Origin: Candidatus Poribacteria bacterium
GTDB lineage: Bacteria > Poribacteria > WGA-4E > WGA-3G
DNA: 64,000 nt
Direction of reading: 5' to 3'
Assembly: GCA_965215265.1 (NCBI GenBank)
Contig: OZ244048.1
Coordinates: forward strand, 960,001 to 1,024,000
Positions 10,620-20,000 of the stretch are shown piece after piece (position 1 is the stretch's first letter; each line of letters begins with the position of its first letter). The notes under the pieces are model-generated. The model searched no databases and was not told where the DNA came from. It was given only the letters and a program-made list of their open reading frames with translations. Both the position numbers and the translations under genes were made by a program.

Positions 10620-10900
10620 AGTTAACGAAGCAGTTGAAAATTCATTATTGCGAACCAGAGGAGCACCGTTAAAAGCACAGATTTTCGCATATTTAGTTAG
10701 CGTGGTGACAACCGCTTCAAGCATTTGGAAACGTGAATCAAGCTGAATTGAAAAAGGCAAAACGACCCCAGGCGATGCCAATCGTCGCAAAAGCGATAAT
10801 GACGAAAACGATAACCCAATTCGGTTTTTTCGCCAATTCTGTAAACGCTTTTTCGCGGTTTGATAAAAATACCTATGATAATCTCTAATGCCCGATTCAT
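10620..10900 (-). pseudogene. Frameshifted fragment of a Yip1-like membrane protein
   Basis: Joining frames across an A run and a G run gives IGIFIKPRKAFTELAKKPNWVIVFVIIAFATIGIAW...VVLPFSIQL. Confidence 0.35.
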
Positions 10901-10963
10901 GAAACCCACCTTTTTCATCTCTCCAAATGAACTTGACTTTTTCTAACCGGTAATCGAGCTATT

Positions 10964-12421
10964 TCAGACTAAGTGCCGCTGTCGAATCTCGTGCCAGGGC
11001 CCGGTAATAGCAAGCGTGATGCCCGGATTCTGAATGTTCACAAATAACGTCGTACCATCAGGTGAGAATGTTGAACCGGCAAATTCAGACATATTGCCGG
11101 CATTCCGCGCGAATTTATAGACGTGCCCTTCCGGGGTTACACCGACTAGGAACTCCTCTTTAGGACCGTCTTCACAGACAATCAGATCTCCCCAGGGTGC
11201 CACCGTTAGGTTATCCGCATTCTCAAGTAGATTGCTATCGTTCGGCTCAATGAAAAGCTCAAGGGTGCCGGGCTGTTTTTCTTCTCGGTTTGTGCCTTCA
11301 TGAGGGCTCGGGGTATATCGCCAGATTTGCCCTTTTTTGTTGAGTCCGCCATTTGTGCAGGCAAAATAGATGTCCGTACCGCTGGACCACATGCCTTCGC
11401 CGCGTGCAAACTTTGCTGCGTCTTTGCCTTCAACACCCTGTTTCCGCAGATCATCTTTAGGCGACTCGACGTTGTCAATATCAACCCATTCCACGTCCAT
11501 CACTTGTCCCACTGGCATGGGCTCGTACGTCCACGGGAAGAGTGTTTGGAGTCGGCTTTTCCAATTTCGGGTATCAGCGCCCTTGATGTTTCGGATTTTG
11601 AGTGCCTGCAGGCGGCCGCCTTTGGCAAGTTCACCGGGCGTTTCAGGGATAAACCGGTAGATTAATCCATCTCCTCTATCTTCGGTTTGGTAGACGATGC
11701 CGCTTCGTGCATCCACGGCAATAGCTTCATGATTAAAGCGCCCCATTGCTTTAAGAGGTGCGGAAGTTGTTAACCCAACGGTAGCAGAGACAGGTACTTC
11801 AAAATTGTAACCGTGGTCCTGCTGATACGGCTTTGTTGCCTTTTGGACGGTTTCCTCACAGGTTACCCAGGTATTCCAGGGTGTCGGTCCGCCGGCGCAA
11901 TTCCGGAGGGTGCCTGCGAGGCTCAAGAAATGCTTTTCCATCATGCCCGTCCGCGTGTCATAGACAATTGTTGTGGTGCCGCCAAGGCCGGGCAGCTCTC
12001 CAGACCCTATCTCGTAGAATTTATCAATTTCGGCACGCTCAATTTTCTCGTTATTCCATCCAAACGCTCCGACGGTTTTATCGGTAGCGTTTAGTTCATG
12101 ATTTCGAATCAAGATCGTCTTTCCATTGGGGCCAGGAAACGCCGCCATACCGTCGTGTTTCCCTGGTACCCACAGTCCGTCGTCCATCACTTCCCCTATC
12201 CTTGAAATACCGACGGCGGTAAACCTCTCCGGCAAATCGAGGAGCTCGTTTGGAGTCGGCATAAATTGGTACGGCGGCTCAGGTCTGAAGCCAGGGACAT
12301 GGTTTATGAGGGCACGACTACACCCTAAAAATCCCATGCTGACTGCAACGGACGCGCTGGCGAGCACGCCAGAACGAAGAAACTGTCGTCGAGATAATTT
12401 GCTTTTCATGGTTTTCCTCAT
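10964..12421 (-). CDS. phoX: PhoX-family (DUF839) alkaline phosphatase, Tat-exported
   Basis: SRRQFL Tat motif; NHE, NCAGGPTPWNTWVTCEE, GRFNHEA, EFAGSTFSPDG..LFVNIQNPG. Confidence 0.88.
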   Translation of the reverse strand: MRKTMKSKLSRRQFLRSGVLASASVAVSMGFLGCSRALINHVPGFRPEPPYQFMPTPNELLDLPERFTAVGISRIGEVMDDGLWVPGKHDGMAAFPGPNGKTILIRNHELNATDKTVGAFGWNNEKIERAEIDKFYEIGSGELPGLGGTTTIVYDTRTGMMEKHFLSLAGTLRNCAGGPTPWNTWVTCEETVQKATKPYQQDHGYNFEVPVSATVGLTTSAPLKAMGRFNHEAIAVDARSGIVYQTEDRGDGLIYRFIPETPGELAKGGRLQALKIRNIKGADTRNWKSRLQTLFPWTYEPMPVGQVMDVEWVDIDNVESPKDDLRKQGVEGKDAAKFARGEGMWSSGTDIYFACTNGGLNKKGQIWRYTPSPHEGTNREEKQPGTLELFIEPNDSNLLENADNLTVAPWGDLIVCEDGPKEEFLVGVTPEGHVYKFARNAGNMSEFAGSTFSPDGTTLFVNIQNPGITLAITGPWHEIRQRHLV

Positions 12422-12469
12422 CTAGTGTTAACTCGTGTGGTAGCAGTAATTGAACTATACTTTTGGTAA

Positions 12470-12525
12470 AGTTTAGCATTTAAATGTTACAATCATTTTG
12501 AGATTTTTGTAAAATTTTATGACAA
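12470..12525 (-). promoter_or_regulatory. Pho-box-like 11-bp repeats and -10 element upstream of phoX
   Basis: Minus strand TTGTCATAAAA-TTTTACAAAAA-TCTCAAAATGA-TTGTAAC, then 10 nt, then TAAACT. Confidence 0.5.
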
Positions 12526-12728
12526 TTTTTCGTCAATGAAAGTCGTAAGGGCAATCTGTTGTGAACGTGCGCGTGCCCATCTCGCTAGCGCCGTTCTTTC
12601 GTAGAGTAAAGCGAGAATGTGTCCTTAGTGAGGTTCACACCAATAACACCTTCTCGCTTCAATACGATAAGAAGCTGCTGTGCCGCGTTCGAGGTGCTGA
12701 TTGATACCCTTTTTTTCAGGTTGTCTCT

Positions 12729-13814
12729 CTAAGTGTGCAAGGCTTGTATGAACGCTTCAAAACTGGGTGTCTCAACGGCGATGAGATGCAGCTGCTTGAG
12801 CCGCACCAGGTCTGGTATCGCTTCAAGGTGCGGTTGAGTCGTCTGCATGTCGCTCTGCGGGAACCGTGCGGTGAGCACCGTGATGACGTTTTCTATCGCC
12901 GTCCGGCGTGCACCTTGTTCAATGCCTTGTTTGAGTCCTTGTTGCACGAGGACTTCTGCCATGGTTTCTGCCATCTGTTTTACCTCCATCTTATCTTCTG
13001 CGAGTTGCTCCACTAATGCTACTAAGCCACTTTGTTCTGATAGCGGCCGACGATGCAAGATGAGTAGCAAGAAATAGACTATCGCCTCACGCCGCTGTTC
13101 GGCACCAACCGTATCAAACTCATCAAGGTGCGCTATCGCCGTGCGTAACGCACCCCGAATCCCCGCCTCGTCTGCTCTCTCTTTTTGCAGCACCGTCAAC
13201 AGCCACCCGAACGGATGATCTGTTTGAGTCAGCGTGGCGACATCGGTTTGCTTCACGCTCAAAAACAACGTCTCAAAAGCCGGAACGAACCGGGCGAGTT
13301 CAGCAGGGATGTCTATCAGTGCCTCAAGTGTCAGCGGGGTTTTCCACTGCTGCTCGCCGGTATAAAACACTACCGGCAATATCGGGGGCAACCGTCGTGC
13401 CTGTTTGGGCACCTTGTCGTGTTCCCATTGCCTGCGATGTGCGTCCCAAATCAGCATCATATAAAACAGCACCCGAAACCCCATCGTCGTATCCACCGTC
13501 GATTGATGTTCGACGAGCAGATAGATGAGCAGCGCCTCCGTGGCTGTCTCGGTTCTAAACGGGACGCGGAACACGCTATCCGCTTCTTGCTCCCGCAGCA
13601 CTTCTGGCAGCAGGCTTCTCGGAAGTGGAACGAGTTGGCTAAAATCTATGCGTTCTGCGATGTCAGCGGCGACGATTTCTAGCACGCCTCGGACGTTTTC
13701 GCCGTTTTGTAGCAAGCGCCGCACACTTCTGTCGGCGAAGTGTTCAACGCGTCCATCAAGCAGCGCACGGATATGCTGCATCTGCGTGTCCACGGCTTTG
13801 GTTTCTTGCGTCAT
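12729..13814 (-). CDS. Rpn/YhgA-like PD-(D/E)XK recombination-promoting nuclease (putative transposase)
   Basis: EADSVFRV, IYLLVEHQS, RVLFYM, LPPILPVVFYTG, C-terminal MAEVLVQQGLKQGIEQG. Confidence 0.85.
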   Translation of the reverse strand: MTQETKAVDTQMQHIRALLDGRVEHFADRSVRRLLQNGENVRGVLEIVAADIAERIDFSQLVPLPRSLLPEVLREQEADSVFRVPFRTETATEALLIYLLVEHQSTVDTTMGFRVLFYMMLIWDAHRRQWEHDKVPKQARRLPPILPVVFYTGEQQWKTPLTLEALIDIPAELARFVPAFETLFLSVKQTDVATLTQTDHPFGWLLTVLQKERADEAGIRGALRTAIAHLDEFDTVGAEQRREAIVYFLLLILHRRPLSEQSGLVALVEQLAEDKMEVKQMAETMAEVLVQQGLKQGIEQGARRTAIENVITVLTARFPQSDMQTTQPHLEAIPDLVRLKQLHLIAVETPSFEAFIQALHT

Positions 13815-13944
13815 TTCTCTCCTCTATGCCGGCGGACTGTCGTTTGGCAGCCCGCCGGTGAAAAGCGGTGAAGACTTAACTCAAATTATACCACTTTTGG
13901 CAGTAAAGATGCCACCCTTTTTTTTAGGTTGTGTTCAGCCAAAC

Positions 13945-14237
13945 CTCTAAAAAAAAGTTTGACTTTTTTATCGCACTGTGGTATACTTCTTTGAAACGAT
14001 GAAAAAGAACTTTACTTTATGCTGTTTTTTTAGGGCTCATTGTGGCACTTTCCAGCATACCTCTAAAAAAAAGTTTGACTTTTTTTACAATCTGTGGTAT
14101 ACTTCTTTATGAGCCAAGTGGAAAACTCGAAAAAAAACGAGCAGCTTGAATCAGAAGTGAAAAAAAGTTTGACTTTTTTTACAATCTGTGGTATACTTCT
14201 TTATGAGCCAAGTGGAAAACTCGAAAAAAAGAGCAGC
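13945..14237 (+). promoter_or_regulatory. Three tandem consensus sigma70 promoters in direct repeats
   Basis: TTGACT at 13959, 14075 and 14169, each with a 17-nt spacer to TATACT (13982, 14098, 14192); TG extended -10 and upstream A tracts. Confidence 0.8.
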
Positions 14238-14279
14238 GTGCACCCATGCAGGCAAACAAAAATGACTGGAGGAAGTCAA

Positions 14280-16190
14280 ATGAAAAAGAGGTTAACGGTA
14301 TTCGGTTTATTAACTCTTCTGGTAACGAGCGTTTTTCTCCCTGTTGCGTCGGGTCAGTATCCGGAGGAGACACAGTTGGGTTTACCCGATGGGGCGATTA
14401 CGCGCCTCGGCAGAGGCTCGGTAGGTGAGGTAGCATATTCGCCGGATGGTTCTCAGCTTGCAGTAGCAAGTGGCATCGGTATTTGGCTGTATGATGCGGA
14501 GACGGGTGAGCCGCTCGACCTACTCACAGGGCATACGGGGGTTGTCATAAGCGTAGCGTTCAGCGTAGATGGTAGCACGCTCGCAACTGGGAGTCAGGAC
14601 AGAACCATTCGGCTGTGGGATGTCAACACAAGCAAAACCGTCAAAACTCTCACCGGGCATACAGATATCGTCATGAGCGTAGCGTTCAGCGTAGATGGGC
14701 GCACGCTCGCTAGTGGGAGTTGGGACGAAACCGTTCGGCTGTGGGATGTCAACACAGGCGAGACGCTCAAAACTCTCACAGGGCATACACATTTTGTCTA
14801 TAGCGTAGCGTTCAGTCCAGATGGTAGCACACTCGCTAGTGGGAGTTTGGACTCCACTATTCGTCTGTGGGATGTCAACACAGGCGATACTCTCAAAACG
14901 CTCACGGGGCATACGGATGCTGTCTATAGCGTAGCGTTCAGCGTAGATGGGCGCACGCTCGCTAGTGGGAGTTTCGACAAGACCGTTCGTCTCTGGAATG
15001 TCAACACAGGCGATACTCTCAAAACGCTCACGGGGCATACGGATGCTGTCTATAGCGTAGCGTTCAGCGTAGATGGGCGCACGCTCGCTAGTGGGAGTGA
15101 TGACAGAACCATTCGGCTCTGGGATGTCAACACAGGCGAGACGCTCAAAACACTCACGGGGCATACGTATGCTGTCTCTAGCATAGCGTTCAGTCCAGAT
15201 GGTAGCACACTCGCTAGTGGGAGTTTGGACTCCACTATTCGTCTGTGGGATGTCAACACAGGCAAAACCGTCAAAACTCTCACAGGGCATACACATTTTG
15301 TCTATAGCGTAGCGTTCAGCGTAGATGGGCGCACGCTCGCTAGTGGGAGTGATGACAGAACCATTCGGCTCTGGGATGTCAACACAAGCAAAACCGTCAA
15401 AACACTCACGGGGCATAAGTGGGCTGTCTTAAGCGTAGCGTTCAGCGTAGATGGCAGAACGCTCGCAAGTGGGAGTTTCGACAAGACCGTTCGGCTCTGG
15501 GATGTGAACACAGGCAAAACCGTCAAAACACTCACTAGGCATACGGATTATGTCTGGAGCGTGGCGTTCAGCGTAGATGGGCGCACGCTCGCAACTGGGA
15601 GTTCGGACAAAACCATTCGGCTCTGGGATGTCAACACAAGCGATACCATCCAAACACTCACAGGGCATACGGATGCTGTCTTGAGCGTAGCGTTCAGCGG
15701 AGATGGTAGCACGCTCGCAACTGGGAGTGAGGACAAAACCGTTCGGCTCTGGAATGTCAACACAGGCGATACTCTCAAAACGCTCACGGGGCATACGTAT
15801 GCTGTCTATAGCGTAGCGTTCAGCGTAGATGGGCGCACGCTCGCAACTGGGAGTGAGGACAAAACCATTCGGCTCTGGAATGTCAACACAAGCAAAACCG
15901 TCAAAACACTCATAGGGCATACGGGGTGGGTTAATACCGTAGCGTTCAGCGTAGATGGGCGCACGCTCGCAACTGGGAGTCAGGACAAAACCATTCGGCT
16001 CTGGGATGTCAACACAGGCGAGACTCTCAAAACACTCATAGGGCATACGCATTATGTCTTGAGCGTAGCGTTCAGCGGAGATGGGCGCACGCTCGCTAGT
16101 GGGAGTGCGGACGGCACCGTGATGCTCTGGGACCTCCGTCCTCCTACTGCCCCTGCTGCAGCGGAGGACATCAACGGCGATGGGCTGTGA
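14280..16190 (+). CDS. Secreted WD40-repeat protein, N-terminal part (frameshifted from 16187-16765)
   Basis: RBS GGAGG, signal peptide MKKRLTVFGLLTLLV..., 13 GH...WD repeats plus one divergent blade. Confidence 0.9.
   Translation: MKKRLTVFGLLTLLVTSVFLPVASGQYPEETQLGLPDGAITRLGRGSVGEVAYSPDGSQLAVASGIGIWLYDAETGEPLDLLTGHTGVVISVAFSVDGSTLATGSQDRTIRLWDVNTSKTVKTLTGHTDIVMSVAFSVDGRTLASGSWDETVRLWDVNTGETLKTLTGHTHFVYSVAFSPDGSTLASGSLDSTIRLWDVNTGDTLKTLTGHTDAVYSVAFSVDGRTLASGSFDKTVRLWNVNTGDTLKTLTGHTDAVYSVAFSVDGRTLASGSDDRTIRLWDVNTGETLKTLTGHTYAVSSIAFSPDGSTLASGSLDSTIRLWDVNTGKTVKTLTGHTHFVYSVAFSVDGRTLASGSDDRTIRLWDVNTSKTVKTLTGHKWAVLSVAFSVDGRTLASGSFDKTVRLWDVNTGKTVKTLTRHTDYVWSVAFSVDGRTLATGSSDKTIRLWDVNTSDTIQTLTGHTDAVLSVAFSGDGSTLATGSEDKTVRLWNVNTGDTLKTLTGHTYAVYSVAFSVDGRTLATGSEDKTIRLWNVNTSKTVKTLIGHTGWVNTVAFSVDGRTLATGSQDKTIRLWDVNTGETLKTLIGHTHYVLSVAFSGDGRTLASGSADGTVMLWDLRPPTAPAAAEDINGDGL
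14523..16133 (+). repeat. 13 near-identical 126-bp WD40-coding tandem repeats
   Basis: CTCAC(A/G/C)GGGCAT-type units recur with a 126-nt period. Confidence 0.95.
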
Positions 16191-16765
16191 ACATTCAAGA
16201 CCTCGTCTTCGTCGCCGCAGCGTTTGGGGAGACAAGGGAGAACCGTGCAGATGTCAACGCCGATGGCACCGTCAATATCCTGGATCTGACGCTCGTGGCG
16301 GCGGCATTCGGGAAAGCCCCGGCAGCACCGGCAGCAGGACAGCAGGGCCAGACGCTGATGCGCGCAGAGGTGCAGCAGTGGCTGCAGGCAGCGCGGCAGC
16401 TGAATCTCACTGACGCGGGTGTCCAGCGTGGGCTTGTGGTCCTCGAGCAGCTCCTCGCCGCACTCACACCGCAAGAGAGCCGCCTTTTGCTGAACTTCCC
16501 TAACCCGTTCAACCCCGAGACGTGGATACCTTATCAATTGGCAAAACCGGCAGACGTGACCGTGCAGCTCTATTCCGCCCACGGCACGCTCGTCCGAACA
16601 CTGTCGCTTGGGCATCAGCAGGCAGGGTTTTACCGAGCTCGTGCACGCGCAGCGTATTGGGATGGCAGAAACGCCGTCGGTGAGCCGGTAGCGAGCGGTG
16701 TCTACTTCTACACGCTCACCGCAGGGGACTTCGCCGCTACACGCAAAATGTTGATTCGCAAGTAA
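16187..16765 (+). CDS. Dockerin-like EF loops + FlgD-Ig/T9SS-like C-terminal sorting domain (C-terminal part of the WD40 protein)
   Basis: DVNADGTVNILDL; LLNFPNPFNPETWIPYQL...YWDGRNAVGEPVASGVYFY...ATRKMLIRK. One extra G at 16182-16184 restores DINGDGAVNIQDL. Confidence 0.85.
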   Translation: MNIQDLVFVAAAFGETRENRADVNADGTVNILDLTLVAAAFGKAPAAPAAGQQGQTLMRAEVQQWLQAARQLNLTDAGVQRGLVVLEQLLAALTPQESRLLLNFPNPFNPETWIPYQLAKPADVTVQLYSAHGTLVRTLSLGHQQAGFYRARARAAYWDGRNAVGEPVASGVYFYTLTAGDFAATRKMLIRK

Positions 16766-16775
16766 CTTTTCCTTG

Positions 16776-16825
16776 AACGGGTCTGGTGGGAACTTGGCAC
16801 GTGCCCATTTCGCCAGATCCGTTTT
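16776..16825 (+). terminator. Probable intrinsic terminator
   Basis: aacgggtctgg...ccagatccgtt stem ending in a short T tract, after the WD40 gene. Confidence 0.5.
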
Positions 16826-17240
16826 GGCTATTAAATTAATTGACTCAAAATCTTATAGACAAATCCAGAAAATTTGGCAGCTGTAGGAATCATCCTCGCA
16901 GTAGCTGCAAGACTCTAGATGATCATCATTAAGGAAAGGCCAGACCTCACCACGACAACGACAACACCGCAACCGGCACCTCACCGCACACGATACTCAT
17001 CAGAAGCGATTTATACTTGTCAACGAGTGCCACGAGGGCAGCATCGCCCCATTTTTGGATGCGTTCAAGCAAGAAAGCGTCTAAACCCATTTTTTCACCT
17101 CTCGCGATTTTCCGCGCGTATTTTTCTGCACCTTTCGTTTTGCAGGCCTATCCGCTTTTTTGTCCCCTTAAAAATGTCTTGCATAAAAATAGAAGAATAT
17201 GTTTTAATATGAAAACTAACGCGTGAGGAGGAAGAGATAA

Positions 17241-19799
17241 ATGGAGAACCACAGTTATGCACCAGCGGAAATAGAACCGCATTGGCAAGCTATCTGGCGG
17301 GAAAAAGAAGCCTTCAAAGTTCCAAACGACATTAATAGACTTAAGCAGAAACCAAAATTTTATCTGCTCGGAATGCTACCCTATACCTCGGGTAGCGGGC
17401 TCCACATGGGACATGCAAAAAACTATGTGCCGACAGATGTGCTTGCCAATTTTCGACGCATGCAGGGTTACCACGTTATGCATCCGATGGGCTGGGATGC
17501 GTTCGGGCTGCCTACAGAACGCACGGCAGTCAATGAAGATAGACATCCTGCAAGCATTGCAAAGCGAAACGCCGACATGTTTCGTGAACAGATACAACGC
17601 CTCGGTTTTTCTTACGACTGGTCGCGTGAGATTGACACCTCTCTGCCCGAATACTATAAATGGACGCAGTGGATCTTTCTCCGGCTCTATGAAAAAGGGC
17701 TCGCCTACCTCGCTGATGTCCCCGTAAACTGGTGCCCTGCCTTAGGCACCGTCCTCTCAAATGAGGAAGTCAAGGAGGGAAAATACGTTGAGACCGGCGA
17801 CCCGGTTGAGCGCCGCCTGATGCAGCAGTGGATGCTTAAAATTACCGAGTACGCAGAACGGCTCCTCGAAGACATAGAACTCTTGGATTGGCCAGACGGA
17901 CTCAAAGAGATGCAACGCCACTGGATCGGCAAATCAGAAGGCGCTGAGATTACCTTTACTGTGAAACAGAGCACCAGCACGTTCACCGTTTTTACCACAC
18001 GTCCCGATACGCTTTTTGGTGCCACCTATTGTGTCCTCGCACCGGAGCACCCGCTCGTCGCAGAAATAACACACCCGGATGCCGAAGAGGCTGTCAACGC
18101 TTATGTGAAGGATGCTATTAACAAAACAGATCTGCAGCGCACAGACCTGGCGACAGAGAAGACAGGGGTTTTCACAGGCACCTATGCCATCAATCCAGCG
18201 AACAACGAGCCCATTCCTATCTGGGTGGCTGACTACGTACTCATTACCTACGGGACAGGCGCGATTATGGCGGTTCCCGGGCACGACGAACGCGACCACG
18301 AGTTCGCAACACAATTCGGAATTCCAATTGTTGAGGTTATCCGCGGCGGAGAAAAACCGATTGAAACCGCGCCTTTTGTCGGGGATGGTGTATGTGTGAA
18401 TAGCGACTTCCTTAACGGACTACGTGTGGATGCCGCGAAACAGAAAATGATTGACTGGTTGGAAAATCAGAAAAAAGGAACCCGCCACATCCAGTACCGG
18501 CTCCGAGATTGGCTCTTCTCACGCCAACGTTACTGGGGCGAACCCTTTCCATTAGTACACCTCGAAGATGGAAGTATAGTACCCCTACCCGACTCAGAAC
18601 TACCAGTTGAACTCCCAACCGTTGATGCCTATAAACCGACCGAAGACGGAAAACCACCCCTCGCTCGCGCAACAGAGGAGTGGCTGAACGTGACGCTCCC
18701 AGATGGCAGACGGGCACACCGGGAGACGAACACCATGCCGCAATGGGCTGGTTCCTGTTGGTATTATCTGCGTTATCTTGACGCACACAACGCCGCTGCA
18801 CCTTGGGACAGTGAAATCGAACGCTACTGGATGCCTGTAGATCTGTATATGGGCGGAGCAGAACACGCCGTTTTACATCTACTTTACGCACGATTCTGGC
18901 ACAAAGTCCTCTACGATTGCGGACTCGTTTCTACCAAGGAGCCGTTCCACGCACTCGTGAATCAAGGGACAATTTTGGCGGAATCCTATCAAGACGAAGA
19001 CGGAAAATACTATTACCCTGAAGAGGTGGTTTTCCAAGCTGATGGAAAATACGTTACGAAGGCCTCAGGGATACAGATTCACGCGCAAATGGAGAAAATG
19101 TCTAAATCGAAACTTAACGGTATTAACCCGACTGATGTGATTGATACGTACGGGGCCGATGCAGTGCGGCTCTATCTTGTGTTCATCGGGCCCGTGACAG
19201 CGAGCACACCGTGGCAGACAGCCGGAGTTGAGGGCGTATACCGGTTCCTACAACGCATCTGGCGACTCATTGTCGATGAACAGAGTGGAGAACTCAGCCC
19301 AAAACTCACCGATGCCCCCGGCCATACAGAACCAGAACTCTGGCGGAGCATCCATCAAACCATCAAACAGGTAACCGAGGATACCGAATCGATCGACAAA
19401 ATGAACACAGCCGTGAGTGCGATGATGATTTTTGTCAACAATGCCACCCAAGCTACCGAAATTCCGAAAGAGACGTTGAAGTTGTTCCTACGGCTGCTTG
19501 CGCCGTATGCACCGCACCTCGCACAAGAATTGTGGCACCGGCTGGATGAAACCGAACTCATCGCGCACGCCTCATGGCCCGTCCACGACGAACAGATTCT
19601 CGTTAGCGCCACCGTAACAATTATTGTACAAGTGAACGGGAAACTCCGCAGCCGGCTCGAACTGCCCGCGGAGGCAACCGACAAACAGATCGAAGAAGCA
19701 GCACTCGCCGACGCACGCGTCCAGCGGTTCATTCAAGAGAAACCGATACGGAAAGTCATCGTCGTGCCGAAGCGCGGGTTAATCAATATCGTTGTGTGA
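17241..19799 (+). CDS. leuS: Leucine--tRNA ligase
   Basis: HMGH, MGWDAFGLP, GTGAIMAVPGHD, SRQRYWG, KMSKS. Confidence 0.98.
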   Translation: MENHSYAPAEIEPHWQAIWREKEAFKVPNDINRLKQKPKFYLLGMLPYTSGSGLHMGHAKNYVPTDVLANFRRMQGYHVMHPMGWDAFGLPTERTAVNEDRHPASIAKRNADMFREQIQRLGFSYDWSREIDTSLPEYYKWTQWIFLRLYEKGLAYLADVPVNWCPALGTVLSNEEVKEGKYVETGDPVERRLMQQWMLKITEYAERLLEDIELLDWPDGLKEMQRHWIGKSEGAEITFTVKQSTSTFTVFTTRPDTLFGATYCVLAPEHPLVAEITHPDAEEAVNAYVKDAINKTDLQRTDLATEKTGVFTGTYAINPANNEPIPIWVADYVLITYGTGAIMAVPGHDERDHEFATQFGIPIVEVIRGGEKPIETAPFVGDGVCVNSDFLNGLRVDAAKQKMIDWLENQKKGTRHIQYRLRDWLFSRQRYWGEPFPLVHLEDGSIVPLPDSELPVELPTVDAYKPTEDGKPPLARATEEWLNVTLPDGRRAHRETNTMPQWAGSCWYYLRYLDAHNAAAPWDSEIERYWMPVDLYMGGAEHAVLHLLYARFWHKVLYDCGLVSTKEPFHALVNQGTILAESYQDEDGKYYYPEEVVFQADGKYVTKASGIQIHAQMEKMSKSKLNGINPTDVIDTYGADAVRLYLVFIGPVTASTPWQTAGVEGVYRFLQRIWRLIVDEQSGELSPKLTDAPGHTEPELWRSIHQTIKQVTEDTESIDKMNTAVSAMMIFVNNATQATEIPKETLKLFLRLLAPYAPHLAQELWHRLDETELIAHASWPVHDEQILVSATVTIIVQVNGKLRSRLELPAEATDKQIEEAALADARVQRFIQEKPIRKVIVVPKRGLINIVV

Positions 19800-20000
19800 G
19801 GCACGTTCACGCACCTGCCAATCAACAAAAATGTCTATCTATAACAATAGCAGGTCAAAAGCAATTTCTTTTCACAAAATTTTAGGCACGGCGTACTAAC
19901 GTCATCAACCGGTGGAATGCAATATCGGTGTCCCATCTTGATTCAAGGTCTTTGCAGACAGACACAAAATACGCCTGAACGTTTCCAATAACAAAAAAAT

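Noticed and set aside
12729-13814. Insertion sequence
   Set aside because: Rpn/YhgA-like gene with no terminal inverted repeats or target duplication that I could see.
13945-14237. CRISPR array
   Set aside because: Only three units, the intervening sequences are partly duplicated rather than unique spacers, the repeats match sigma70 promoters, and there are no cas genes.
14520-16235. Long repetitive minus-strand ORFs (298 and 268 aa)
   Set aside because: Antisense shadows of the WD40 repeats.
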